Assembly (NCBI GenBank): GCA_043228905.1
Contig: JBHGNT010000012.1
Location: 12,896,001-12,960,000, forward strand
Source: Azolla caroliniana
Lineage: Eukaryota > Plantae > Polypodiophyta
Length of the DNA: 64,000 nucleotides
Direction: 5' to 3'
The notes below the pieces were generated by a model, which was not told the origin of the DNA, did no database searches, and saw only the letters and a program-made list of their open reading frames with translations. The position numbers and the translations under genes were made by a program. Position 1 is the stretch's first letter. The number at the start of each line of letters is the position of its first letter. Below, in pieces: positions 1-12,429 of this stretch.

Positions 1-2704
1 GTCGCTTATCGACGCGGCCAGGGAGATGCTGGAGGAGAAGAGCATGCCCCATTTCTACTTGGCAGATGTGGTCCGAACAACCGTCTATATCCAAAACCGG
101 ATCGGTGACAAGGTGTCCGCACATGAGTTGTATTTTGGGCACAAGCCGAATTTGTGACACCTTCGGGTATTCGGCAGCATAGCATATGTGCATGGGCCGG
201 ATGAGATGCGGAGGAAGTTGGATGCAAAGTTGGAGAAATGCATCCTAGTCGGTTACTCGCATGAGCAAAAGGGGTATAAGTTTTATAACCCCCGGACGAA
301 GCAGGTCCGAGTTAGCCGCGATGTCGAGTTCGATGAAATGACATCATGGTACTCCTTACCAACTCCGACTTCCGACCTCGACCCGATACCGGAGGATGAG
401 GCTAGTGAGCTTGAACCGGTCCAGTTAGAAGATGAGGACATTGGCACTCTAGAAGAGAGTCCGATCTCATTTCGGTTAAGTGGACCGAATGAGCGGCTGA
501 GTCGAGATGACCAATTGGATGAGGAACTGGTGAGTAGTGAAGATTCTGCGGTGCTCTCCCCGCGCAAGGAATCGAGGAGACGGTTCATGCGTAAAGAAAA
601 GGGGAAGAAGAAGATACCGGATTATGAAACCGGTAATGATGTGTCGGATCGGAGCGGATCTGACTCAGGTATGAGCGAAGGCAGATCTTCGGCAACAAAG
701 ATTGAACCAGCCAAGAAGGGCCTCAAACCGGGTAATAGTGGGTTACGCCGGTCAACCCGCCAGAAGGAACCTGTTAAGCGGTACGGGTATAATGAGTACA
801 TGGCGCATCATTATGCTTACATGACCAAGGTGGCGGAAGTGCATGAGCCGGAGAGCTACGTAGAAGCGGCAAGGGATGCAAATTGTTGTGCCGCTATGGA
901 GGAAGAGATGCGGGCACTTGATGCCAATGATACTAGGGACCTGGTTGACCCTCCCTGTCACAGTAAACCGATCGGATGCAAGTGGGTGTACAAGGTAAAG
1001 TACAACACCGATGCTTTTGTTAACCGGTACAAGGCCTGGTTAGTGGCAAAGGGATACGTGTAGACCCACGGAATCGAAATGACGAGACCTTCGCTCCGGT
1101 AGCGAAGATGATGACGGTTCATGTGGTGCTAGTGGTTGCTGTAGCAAGGGGGTGGCATCTTCACCAAATGGATGTGAAGAATGCTTTTCTTCATGACGAT
1201 CTTGAAGAAGAGGTCTTTATGTCCCAACCCCCTGGTTTCCAGTCGGGGATGAACAAGTCAGCGGTATGCCGACTGAAGAAGTCACTTTATGGCCAGAAGC
1301 AAGCCCCCTAAGCTTGGAATGCGAAGATCACGCACCGGTTGCGTAAGATGGGGTTTGCGGCCTCCAAGTGTGATTCTTCGTCGTTCATCCGGCAAGGTCC
1401 GGACGATCCGGTATGCATCTTGTTGTATGTTGATGATCTAGTCATCATCGGACCCGGACTCGATGAAATTAGCCGAGTTAAGTCCCAGTTGTCGGAAGCA
1501 TTTGAGATGAAAGACCTGGGTACCTTCACTATTTCCATGGGATCGAGGTGATCCGAATCCCCGACGGCATATTGCTCTCACAAAGACATTATGTGTTGAA
1601 TACGTTGTACAAGTTTGGCATGATGGAATGCGGACCGATCTCGACACCCCTGGACTGGAACCAGAAGCTCCGTCCCGACTTTGGACTGGCCTGCGATGAG
1701 AAACGGTTCCGAGAATTGTCGGAAGCCTTATATTTGACCATCACCTGACCCGAGATCAACTATCTGGTCGGTGTGATTAGCCAATTCATGCAGAAGCCGA
1801 CCGTAGAGCATCTTCAGTGCGTGCACCGAATACTGTGGTATGTGAGTGGCACGAAGGACCGGGAATTGTTATACCGGCAACGTATAACCGAAGAGCTAGT
1901 CGGTTACACAGATGCCGACTGGGCCGGTGATGCATCAGATTGCCAATCAATTTCCGGTTACATGCTTTCCCTAGGTCACACGGCCGTTGCGTGGAGCAGC
2001 AAAAAGCAGCCAACAATGGCTCTATCGAGCACTAAGGCTGAGTATCGGGGCACTACTGTTGCCACTTGTGAAGCCATTTGGCTTCGGCGACTACTACAAG
2101 ACCTACGGATCGAGGTACCGACCCCGATCTTGATCTACCGCGACAACATCAACACATGCAGCTTGCCAAGAACCGTGTGTTCCACGCTCACACAAAGCAC
2201 ATAGAAGTGCATAATCACTTAGTGCGTGAGCAGGTCCTGAGCGGTGAAGTAGAACTTCAGCATGTTCAGACAGATCGGCAGGTTGCCGACATCTTCACCA
2301 AACCGCTCGGATTGGACAAGTTGCAACACTTCACTGAAACGCTTGGTGTTCAGCATCTCGACGTGCTGCACTTGAGGGGGAGAAAGGGTAGCAAAGACAC
2401 CAGAACGGGCAAAGGAAAAGAGACTATCGATTGTGCCAGTGAGCGAAGAACTGACAAAGGGGGAGACGAGAAGAACAAAGGAGCCGAGTTGACAAAAGTA
2501 GTTGACACATCCGAACAAGTCGGAGCAAGCGGCAGCGATGGCAGAGTCAAGAAGGATAGAGCCGACCGGAAGAAGAAGGCCAAGACCCGGACATGGTCCG
2601 ATGTGGTGAAGGGCCTGGAACCAGAAGACGAATCAGCAACAACTGATTCGTACAAGAGCTGGAACGAATCGGAGACAGCCGATTTGGTTCTACGGAAGGA
2701 TTAG
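1..2704 (+). pseudogene. pol: Degenerate Copia pol (INT C-term, RT, RNase H, charged C-terminal extension)
   Basis: ORF fragments 188-1063, 1108-1311, 1339-1551, 1548-1748, 1773-2204 and 2078-2704 are colinear Copia domains broken by stops and frameshifts. Confidence 0.92.
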
Positions 2705-3014
2705 GAAGAACCGGATCAATTGAAGGCCAAGAGGACGAGAAGGCAGCAAAAGACGACGCCAACACGAAGGGATCAGCGAATCGGCAAAAGCCAAAGTCAC
2801 AACAGCGAGGGAGCTGAATTGGGCATGTTGAGCAGACAAGTCAACCAAGGAAGTTGAGTTGCGTAGGAATAGAAGGGTCGTCGCAGCAAACGGGACCAGA
2901 CCGGACGAGGAGCGCGAGCGAGGTAGAGTGACGCCAGAAGGAGCCATGTGGAAGGACCGGCTGCCATAGAGACTAACATTACGATCCAACCTCAAAATTG
3001 AGCTTGAGGGGGAG

Positions 3015-3441
3015 TGTTGAGCGGCAAGTTTAACTGGATCTGGATCGGCTGAATAAGCCTGAACCAGATCGACATCCGGAAGGATGAGCCAGATCGGTGA
3101 CCCCGTGAACAAGTGAGACGGTGAGCTGGGGAGCCGGTTAGCTGGATCCATCAGTAACTAGAAGCCTAGTAGCAGCCAGACTACTAGGGAGTTAATAGTC
3201 TCATAGTCAGTGTCAGACGCTCGCGTGAGCATTGAAGTACGTGGTACTTCTGTCAGTCCTCTCAGGACTTGTATAATAGTGCTGTCAAGCACGTTTCATG
3301 TACAGAGAACTATTATTGTTTCGGAATAGAATTAAGTTGTTTTGCTCTTTCTCTGTCTCTCCCGCATACTGTAAAGCTTTCCATTAAACCTGCGTGTTTT
3401 CTATGTTCGTTTTCTATTGCTTCTGGACATAATCTTTTTTA
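3015..3441 (+). repeat. E1 3' LTR, preceded by PPT at about 3002-3014
   Basis: TGTTGAGCGG start follows the purine tract directly. The right end is degenerate and was placed by alignment with the family LTR end (...GTAATCGTTTACA). Confidence 0.8.
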
Positions 3442-4101
3442 AGTAGACTACAAGAGCCTCTAAGTGACCAAAGGACATCGCGGCCAAGTATGAAACAAGA
3501 CAAAGGAAAGGCCAAAATGCTTGAGTACGAAGACTCATATAGAAACGAATCGGACCACTCACCCGACAGTGAGCATGGTGGACTGGATGTGCCCGTCATG
3601 AGGGCACCAAGAGCACCACGTCGCTCCACTCGAGAGAAGAACATAGTCACCAGATTTAGCTATAATGACTACATGCATATCATTATGCATTCATGATGAA
3701 GGTGGTGACAGTCCGAGAACCAAAAACCTTCTCTAAAACCACGAATGACCCCATATGGTTTGAAGTGATGAATAAGGAGATGCAAGCACTCTCCAAGAAT
3801 GAGACATGGGATCTCATCCCTTCGTCACACCACCAAAGTGCAATTGGATGTCGGTGGATCGTCAAAGTAAAACACAACATCAACGATATTGTCAATCGGT
3901 AGAAGGCTTGACTTGTGGCAAAGGGCTATGCACAGACCCATGGTGTTGATTATCAAGAGACCTTTGCCCCGGTGGCAAAGATGATTACAATTCGAACTGT
4001 GATCGCGCTTGCAACAGCAAAAGGGTGGCACCTCCACCAAATGGACATGAAGAACGCCTTCCTCCAAGGCAACCTAGAAGAGGAGGTGTACATGATACAA
4101 C
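3442..4101 (+). pseudogene. pol: H1: old host Copia pol, segment 1 (INT-RT linker, RT N-terminus)
   Basis: EPKTF...EMQALSKNETWDL...[21 protein letters not shown]...LEEEVYMIQ. The reading continues at 12774 (QPPGF...LYGLK). Confidence 0.9.
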
Positions 4102-4453
4102 TGTTGTTGAGAATGGCTTCACCCCCCTCCCAACGGGGTTAATGTGTGAGAGAAAGAGAGAAGAAAAGAAAATAGAGAATGACACAAAATGAGAGGGGAA
4201 AAAATGTATTCCATTATGCCCCATGGGTGGGGTTTATATAGTACAAGAGATAACCGTTACAAATAAAGAATGAGACAAGGTAACCGTTACATTACTTACC
4301 CACGTTCTCACCTTTGTACACATGCACACAAATGTGCATGTGTTTATACACATACACATACTCATCCTCACACACTCATTCATATTATACATACACATCA
4401 ACCACATCATTACACATACCCTTATGCCTCCCCGTATATTCTTATAGGTAACA
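4102..4453 (-). repeat. E2 3' LTR
   Basis: Homologous to 12430-12768 and bounded by the TSD. Confidence 0.9.
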
Positions 4454-4455
4454 CA

Positions 4456-4472
4456 TGGCACGCTTGTGGGAC
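4456..4472 (+). promoter_or_regulatory. Inverted tRNA-Arg-type PBS (TGGCACGCTTGTGGGAC) at the position where E2's PPT should be
   Basis: Lies 2 nt from the LTR end. Resembles the Athila/Tat tRNA-Arg(UCU) PBS TGGCACGCCCAGTGGGAC and shares TGGCACGCTTG with E5's PBS. Confidence 0.75.
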
Positions 4473-6550
4473 AGTGCATTGCACGGTGAACCCACTCGCA
4501 ATGGCAACTCTTCTCGACCGGAACTCCATCGGTCGTCTCAACGATCGGAAAATCCCTCGACCAGATCACTGCTCTACAATCAATATCTTTGATCAAAGCT
4601 TTGCTTGACTCGAACCTTCTCGTTCGGTCAGCACAATGCACGATTGGATCATACACCAATCAGTTAGTTCACTACGGCACGGGTCGTGAAATCGTGTTGT
4701 GTGTTTATGTATTCCTTCTTTCATCATGTGAGTTGTGTTTTTGTAATTCCATGATTTGTACCCCTTAATTTTTAAAAATTTTGTTTTTACCCTCAAAATA
4801 TTGAAATTTTCCTTGAGCTTATGAAATTCTCCTCCACTGCCCTCTGGTTCTTAAAATTCGATTGCGTGCGTTCACATTATTGTAATTTTTATCTAGCCCT
4901 CAAGCTTTTCTTTTACATCTTTGTCTTTTTCTTCCTTTCACTTCTTCCTTTTTGTTTTCTTCTTTGTCTCTGTCTTCTTCCTTTCTTTCTCTTTTCTGCT
5001 GTTGTTGCTTCCTTCTCTTCTTTTCTATCTAGTTGCTTCTATGGCTTCTCCTCCTTCTTCTTCTCTATCGTTGTCCTTTTCTTCTTTCTTGATTCTCTTG
5101 GTCTTTACTTTATATGTTGAGTGGAGCACTTTTGTTTGTCATCTGTCTCGACCGGCTGTCTGTTTGCCGGCTATCGGACCGCCTATCCGGCTGATTGTCG
5201 ACTGTCGGTTTTTCGGTCGTCTCTCAGTCTGTTTGGCGCTCTGTCTGTCGATCGTTGTTCTTGACCCGTCCGGCTCCATCCGCTGGCCACCGGCTCTATC
5301 AGGCGCCATCTACAGTTGTTGGATGCTGGCTATCTGTCCATGTGTAGACCTTTTTCATTCGTCGGTTGTATCTCGATCGTCGCTGGTTGCCAGTTTGTCT
5401 GTCTGACTATTTGCGCCGGCTGACCGTGGTCATCTTTCCACCCGCTGTCGAATGTCTGCCATGTCCGCCTGTCAGCCATCTATCTGTGGCTGTCTATGTC
5501 CACTGGTCAGACCGTCTGTTTGACTATCACTGTCGCCATCGTTGTCGCCGTCGTCCGGTCGGCCGTGGCGTCTGCCAGAAGACCGTCTACGCATGGTCGG
5601 CTTCGAGAGCTATTCTCCCGATCCTGCAGCATACCTTGATGCATTCGGGGATAGCAAGAAGAAGCAATGCGTCTGTAGGTAGCTTCTCTTCGTCTGATCA
5701 TCATCACCACCACTGATGCCATTATCTTGTGTGTTCTCACTAACTTCCCCGAAAACTTGTTTTGTATTACTTTCAATGTGCAATCCAAGAATACAGACGA
5801 AATGATTACATGCCATCTTCACATTAGTTCAGAGTCCTTTATCCTCACCACCAAGCATTAATATGGTGGGCACACCTTGTGGAAGATCTCTGACTCGAAT
5901 GACATGAGGACCAATTGCAGTGGCACCCACAACTATCCACCCATCAACTTCTTGCAAGATCAAAGCTCCATAAATTTCAAAGCCCCTGAAGTAGCCTTAC
6001 TAACAACTGCACTTGATGGTGTTGAATTCTTAGTGCATACTATAACCCCTTTTGCTTCCAAGAAGTACGTTGAGCGAAGAACAACACAGACATTTTGGGG
6101 ATCTTGCTCCTCATCTAAAACCACCCAAAATGGTGGTTTTTCACTCTCTTGATCGCATACACCTTGAAGGTGTATTAGAATATAAGTTAAATAATATTAT
6201 TAATAATAAATATAATATAACTGCCCTCCCGGTGATAACACCAAGAAAGGTTTCTAACTGCCTTATATGGCTATAAATAGGTCTCTAAGACCTATAGTTG
6301 TAATAGGACGATTTCAATACAGATTTACTTTACTTTACTTTCTCCCTCTCTCTCTCTCTCTCTGTGTGTCTCTCTCTCTCTTGCCTCTTCTCTTTTCATC
6401 TCTTCTCAACATGGTATCAGAGCGTTAGGCTCTCTCCAACCACCGTCCTCTTTCCTTTCTTTCTTCACAGCCAGTGCTCTTGCCACCACCGTCCTCTTCC
6501 CTTTCTTCCTTCACAGCCAGTGCTCTTACCATTAGTTGATCCGGACAACT

Positions 6551-9500
6551 ATGGCACAACATGCACATGGCACACCTAATTCGTCCATATCGACACCCAG
6601 CCCATCAACCCCAATACCGGGTTTTTCAACAACGCAAGGCACTACTCCGCTCGTCCCAACCACTACGAGAAGTTACAACCTCGACAAACTCACGGGCCCC
6701 AACTACCTTACATGGGCCACATGGATGACATTGATGCTCAAACGATCGGACCTGTGGAACGTGGTAAGTGGCACAACCCAACCCACTGAAACCAATAACA
6801 CCGAGTGGACGGCAAAAGATCTCCAAGCCCAAACCGAACTCATGTTCCACCTTGGAGACCCGCAAGTGCAAATGGTCCGACGTTGCGACACCTCAGCGGA
6901 AATTTGGAAAGTACTCCGAAGCACTTATCATCATGAAGATTTGATCACCCAAGTCGCATCACTCAAAAAGCTCCTAATTTCCTCCGTCACAGAAAACCAA
7001 GAAATCAACAAATTTCTTGATGAATGGCGCATCTTACTCGACAATGCCCTACTCTCGGGACTACAATTAGATTCAAATCTACAAGCAATGTTACTCCTAG
7101 CAGCATTGTCCTCCTCTTGGCGACCATTTATAACCACTCAAGCATCAATGACGGGCCTCACCGTTGAATCTCTTATGGCACGCATCCGCCAAGAAGAGAT
7201 CATGCGAAATGGCGCTCATCACTCAAATGCAACATTTCCAACACCGTCGACGCAATATGTGCAAAGACAACCTAACTTCAAAAGGGGACCTCCCTTTCGA
7301 AGGAACAACAACAACATGCGACCCGCCACCGCTTCAACAAAAGTTTGCACATATTGTGGACGCCATGGACATCTTGAACGTGAGTGCCGCACCAAGCGTC
7401 GTGAACAACTGAACCAATCACAACAACAACGTCAACAGCCACATGGACGACATCCTAGAGCACACCTCCAACAACTAAATGTGCCCGAAGTTGGCCAATA
7501 TGGTATGGAATCATTACAACTATTTACATCATTACTAAATAGTTCCAATTGTCTTTCCCACACCATAGATATATCTGAATGGCTACTCGACACTGGTGCA
7601 ACTCACCACATGACGCCACAAAAGCATTGGCTCCGCGACTACAAACACCTCTCAAGTACCATGCGAGTTTACCTCGGGAACAACCAATTCCTCACTGCCA
7701 TCGGTGTCGGGAACCTTCACATCACCCTACCAAGTGGAGTAAACGTCAACATCTACAATGTATATCACATTCCGGGTCTTAGTCGAAATATACTTTCGGT
7801 TACAACGGCTACCTCAACTGGATCTTCCATTGAGTTCTTCCATGACTCATGTATTATTCACTTCAAGCTCCCTAATGGACAATTTGAAATTATAAAAATA
7901 CCTCAGAAGGACCGTTTGTATCCATTAGCTATATCTATGTCTAATCCTCACTCTGTAATTGGTCACACCTCTATCCATTCTCTTCACATGGCTAAAGCCG
8001 TGTCCACCCTTATGTGGCATTATAGGTTCGGTCACATAAATAGTGTCACACTACATCGCATGGTGAAAGATAAGCTTTGTGTTGGCTTACCACTCTATCT
8101 AAACCCAATAGAATTGTGTGAAGGTTGCATCTTAGGAAAATCTAGCCACAAAAGTCACCAAAAATCACTCAACAAATCCACACAATTGAACCAACTAGTA
8201 CATAGTGACCTTTGTGGACCCATGGAATCAAGCTCACTCACGGGCTCCCATTATTTTCTCACTTTCATTGATGATTTTAGCAGGTATACGACCATATACT
8301 TCCTCAAGAAAAAGTCTGAAGTGCTCACACACTTCAAAGAGCATTGCAACCTCGTAGTCCGTCAACATGATCTTCCAATCCAAGCACTTCACTCCGACAA
8401 TGGCGGAGAATATGGCTCAAATGCATTCGAGGCATTTTGTAAAGACGAGGGCATCCAACAACAATTTACCGTTCCATACACGCCACAACAAAATGGTGTG
8501 TCCGAACGGAAGAATCGAACCCTTGTTGGCGCTGCTAGAGCCATGCTCCTTACGGCGGGACTACCAAAAACCTATTGGGAAGAGGCGGTCGCGACAGCGT
8601 GCTATGTCCAAAATCGGGTTCCGCATGCAAACGACCCCAAAACTACACCATATTTTCATTGGTTTGGCAAGCCACCCAATGTTCAACATCTTCGAATCTT
8701 TGGATGTGTAGCATACCCGGTGAAAGCTTTGGACTTGAGAAAGAAGTTGGATCCAACAAGCACGCGAATGATCTTTGTGGGCTATGGTGACCGATTTGGC
8801 GTCAAAGCATACAGATTGTATGATCCGGAGCAACGAAAATTTCACCTCGCACACTCAGTATACTTCAATGAAACCTCTCTCCTTAGCCCCCAACAAGAAA
8901 TCCACAACCCCATAACACCATTAACCCTACCATCCACCACACCAACCATTCCACTCTCTACCCCAAAAAGACACACTCAAGTTGAATGGGAAGAAGTCTC
9001 ACAACTCGCCCCACTCCCACCACAAACTCTCACTCCAATTGTCCCAACAACCACAACACAACCAACGTTACATGCCCCCCCCACACCTACAACACCAAAA
9101 ACCCCTCCTTGCTCCCTCGGACAGAAAACCAAATCCCTCCTATTCCCTATGCCTACAAATTCATCATTCCCTAGTGAACCCCTCCACTCATTTAAGAATA
9201 CCACCACTACCAAACAACCAAACCCTAGTAGACCACTACATACAATTATACCAATAGAATCTACCTATCAACCTTCTATCCTAGGACCAATCCCCAAGGC
9301 GTGTGCTCCCAAACCTTCGAAAGTCCGATCTTTGAAGGAGATCTACGAACAAACAAACCTCACTTCTAGTATATTAGAAAAGCATCCATCACTAGACTCC
9401 ACTATATTTGATCCCTTAGATATATTATATCAACAAATGATCCAAGATCCATCCATCGATCGTGATCTTCAATTACTAAATCTTGAATCTTTTGATGATG

Positions 9501-10780
9501 TCAATATACAGGAAGCTCTCTCAGGAACTGAAGCCACCTCATGGCGTGAAGCCATGGCCTCGGAGTACCAATCTCTCATGGAGAATGGTACATGGCAACT
9601 AGTGCCACAACCGCCGGATCGAAAACTGGTATCATGCAAATGGCTACTCCGAAAGAAGTTTAATGCGGATGGCTCGATCTCGCGCTACAAAGCTCGACTT
9701 GTAGAGCGAGGATTTTCACAAGTACCCGGTATGGACTACAACGAGACTTTTTCTCTCGTCCTCCGGATGACCTCATTCCGAGCATTACTCGCCACTGCCG
9801 CACAACTTCATCTCCTCGTCCATCAAATGGATGTTCGAACAGCATTTCTACATGGAAACCTACATGAAGAGATCTACATGGAGCAACCACCCGGTTATAT
9901 ATCTCAAGATTACCCAAACTATGTATGTAAATTAAACAAATCACTATACGGCCTAAAACAATCCCCACGACAATGGTATGAAAGATTTAAGTCATGTATG
10001 TCAAACCTAGGATATGTTCGTTTTCAATCCGACCCTAATGTATATAGCCGAAATGGCCCTAATGTAATACTCCTCCTAGCCATTTATGTAGATGATATCC
10101 TCATCCTATCCAACTCTGAAAACACACTATGTAAAGCAAAGAGTGAACTCCATGCATCATTCTCGATGCAAGATATGGGAGCCCTCCATTATTGCCTAGG
10201 TATCCAAGTTATTCAAGATCCCTCCCAAGGCATCATCCAAATAAACCAAAAATCCTACATTGAGTCACTCCTTAAGAAGTACAACATGTCCAAATGTAAA
10301 GGTATCGCAACTCCCCTACCAATCTCCCTTAAAACAAAAACATCAACCTCATCAATGACTCAAACATCGGATATGGTGGCGTTTCCATATGCCAACATCC
10401 TTGGTGGAATTAGATACCTCGTCACATGTACAAGACCCGACATATGCTTTGCGGCACCAAGTCCAATTCACACCCAACACTTGAAGCGCCTGTTAAGGTA
10501 CCTTCAAGAAACTAAGGACTTCGGCATCACCTACTCGGCATGTCAACCATTACCGACACCATACCTAACTTGCTACTCGGATGCCGATTGGGGGGGTGAT
10601 GAAGACACATTACAATCGACATCAGGCTACGTCTACCTCCTATCAAATGGTGCCATTTCATGGCAGAGCAAAAGGCAACAAAGAGTCACACTCTCATCAA
10701 CGGAAGCAGAATATGTGGCAATGACATTGGCACTTAAAGAAGGAATTTGGCTAAAAGACTTCTTGAAGGAAACAACTCTA
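6551..10780 (+). CDS. gag-pol: E3 gag-pol polyprotein (gag, CCHC knuckle, protease, integrase, RT, RNase H N-part), interrupted by a solo LTR
   Basis: Continuous ORF with CTYCGRHGHLEREC, WLLDTGATHHM, WHYRFGH..C..C, HSDLCGP/SDNGGE/NGVSERKNR, YVDD and YSDADWGGD. First ATG at 6551. Confidence 0.93.
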
Positions 10781-11422
10781 TGTTGAACGCAGTGATCGGC
10801 CACCACCGAGGAATAGGATAAACTCACAGAAAACAGGAAATACAGAATGCACGAAGACAATAGAGAGAAGAGTACACGGGATGTTTTACGTGGAAAACCC
10901 TAAATGGGAAAAACCACGGGAGTCCTCAAACTCCAACTATCACTATAAACAGAGATGTACAATGGTGAAGCTACAAGGCAACAACCTTGAGCTCACTGTC
11001 TTCGCCACAGGCGGCGGTAATACACAGAGGCCACGACCTCTTCGTCTCTCTCTCTCTCTCTCTCTCTCTCGGCTGTTCTCACTTCGCTCCCTCTCAGTGG
11101 AAAACAGAAAATGAGCAACAACATTGAAACTGTTTGCCCTAAGTCATATTTATACATATATGACTTTCGAGCTATTTACAAATATAGCCTCAAGGGCCCT
11201 GGGCAAACATATTCACAAATATGTCCCCGCATCCGGATCTCTCTCCGGGTACATTCGTCATCCGGCTCCGTAGCCGGGGTCTTCATCATCCGGCTCCGTA
11301 GCCGGGTCTTCATCATCCGGCTCCGTAGCCGGGGTCTTCATCATCCGGCTCCGTAGCCGGGGTCTTCATTCCCGATTCCCGGACATCCGACCATCCCATC
11401 CGCAGGGACCGTAATCCCAACA
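10781..11422 (-). mobile_element. Solo LTR of a Tork/Tnt1-like Copia family related to E6, inserted in E3 RNase H
   Basis: TGTTG...CAACA ends with perfect TSD CTCTA (10776-10780/11423-11427). Shares ACGTGGAAAACCCT...GGAAAAACCACGGGAG with the E6 LTRs. Confidence 0.93.
11259..11369. repeat. Four tandem 27-28 bp palindromic units in U3 of the solo LTR
   Basis: CATCCGGCTCCGTAGCCGGGGTCTTCAT x4. Confidence 0.9.
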
Positions 11423-11427
11423 CTCTA

Positions 11428-11679
11428 TTCCCCGATCATCCACTTCTCCTTCAATGTGATAACATGTCAGCCATCATGCTCGCAAAAAATCTCAAACATT
11501 CCGAGCTAACAAAGCACATTGCCATGAAGCTACAATTTACGAGGGAACTACTACATGAAGGCAATATTCAAATAAGTCATGTGCGCACCGAACAACAATG
11601 GGCAGACTTCTTAACGAAGTCCACACAAAAATCAAAACATTACGAAAGTTGTAATAAACTAGGATTAAAAGCTACTTAG
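11428..11679 (+). pseudogene. pol: C-terminal RNase H of E3 pol, separated by the solo LTR
   Basis: FPDHPLLLQCDNMSAIMLAKN...TKHI...QWADFLTK continues the reading across the TSD. Confidence 0.9.
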
Positions 11680-12414
11680 TTAATATTATCTAACTTAGGG
11701 GGGTGTATTAGAATATAAGTTAAATAATATTATTAATAATAAATATAATATAACTGCCCTCCCGGTGATAACACCAAGAAAGGTTTCTAACTGCCTTATA
11801 TGGCTATAAATAGGTCTCTAAGACCTATAGTTGTAATAGGACGATTTCAATACAGATTTACTTTACTTTACTTTCTCCCTCTCTCTCTCTGTGTCTCTCT
11901 CTCTCTTGCCTCTTCTCTTTTCATCTCTTCTCAACAGAAGGTGGCTTTTCCTCGTGTGAAGGAGAAGAAGACACGGGTAGAGATGTTCTCTCCCAGTCCC
12001 CATTGTCGTCCATCTCTGAGCTTAAGACCTTCCACCACTACCTGGCCCTCAAGTAACACCCATTTCTCAAATCATATCATCATCATGGAGAGGTATGGAT
12101 AGATATATTTACCATGAGAGGAACTCATATTTTCTCTCTTTCTCTCCGAAGAAATGATTAAAACATCCACAACATATTCTCAAAACCACACTAACATCGA
12201 GACATACAATCACGTCACACAAAGAGGTAGAAAGAGAGATTTCGTGTCAAGGGAATAATGTTGATTTCTCCATCATAGGCTGGCTCCCACACTAAGAGTC
12301 CATGCACAACACAATACTCTCTACACAAACATTATCAGACACGTACAGAGAGGGAGAGATAAAGATGAGTGATGGAGGGAGAGAGCGACCTCTTCTCAAG
12401 GGAGGTTGGCCGTT

Positions 12415-12425
12415 CGGGCGTGCCA
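12415..12425 (-). promoter_or_regulatory. E2 canonical PBS, tRNA-Arg type (TGGCACGCCCG)
   Basis: The minus strand reads LTR-CTTT-TGGCACGCCCG, the same spacer and start as the PBS of Gypsy E5. Confidence 0.8.
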
Positions 12426-12429
12426 AAAG

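Larger units (their letters stand above)
1..3441 (+). mobile_element. E1: Ty1/Copia LTR retrotransposon (family A), 3' part; 5' end lies outside the window
   Basis: INT C-terminus (KLDAK..KCILVGYS), RT ([26 protein letters not shown]) and RNase H (GYTDADWAGD, TKHIEVH), followed by PPT GCTTGAGGGGGAG and an LTR starting TGTTGAGCGGCAAG. The LTR is homologous to those at 13127, 30001 and 54492. Confidence 0.93.
6171..11936 (+). mobile_element. E3: young full-length Ty1/Copia element nested in E2
   Basis: LTRs 6171-6411 and 11704-11936 are identical by eye except for microsatellite length. TSD GAAGG (6166-6170/11937-11941), PBS TGGTATCAGAGC at 6412-6423 (tRNA-iMet), and PPT AGGGGGG before 11704. 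Confidence 0.97.

Noticed and set aside
4456-4530. tRNA gene or tRNA-derived SINE on the minus strand
   Set aside because: Only the 3' 17 nt resemble a tRNA; no T-loop (GTTCGA), cloverleaf or A/B boxes.
4234-4659. His/Thr- or Cys/Met-rich small ORFs (also at 12534-12822 and 32365-32574)
   Set aside because: Artefacts of CA/TG-rich LTR sequence.
4821-5406. Hydrophobic F/L/S-rich membrane-protein or env ORFs
   Set aside because: Translation of a low-complexity pyrimidine tract, with no conserved motif.
6536-10786. Complete functional 1416-aa polyprotein
   Set aside because: The stop comes from the inserted solo LTR and RNase H is truncated; the first ATG is at 6551.
11259-11369. CRISPR-like 28-bp palindromic repeats
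   Set aside because: Head-to-tail units with no spacers, located inside an LTR.
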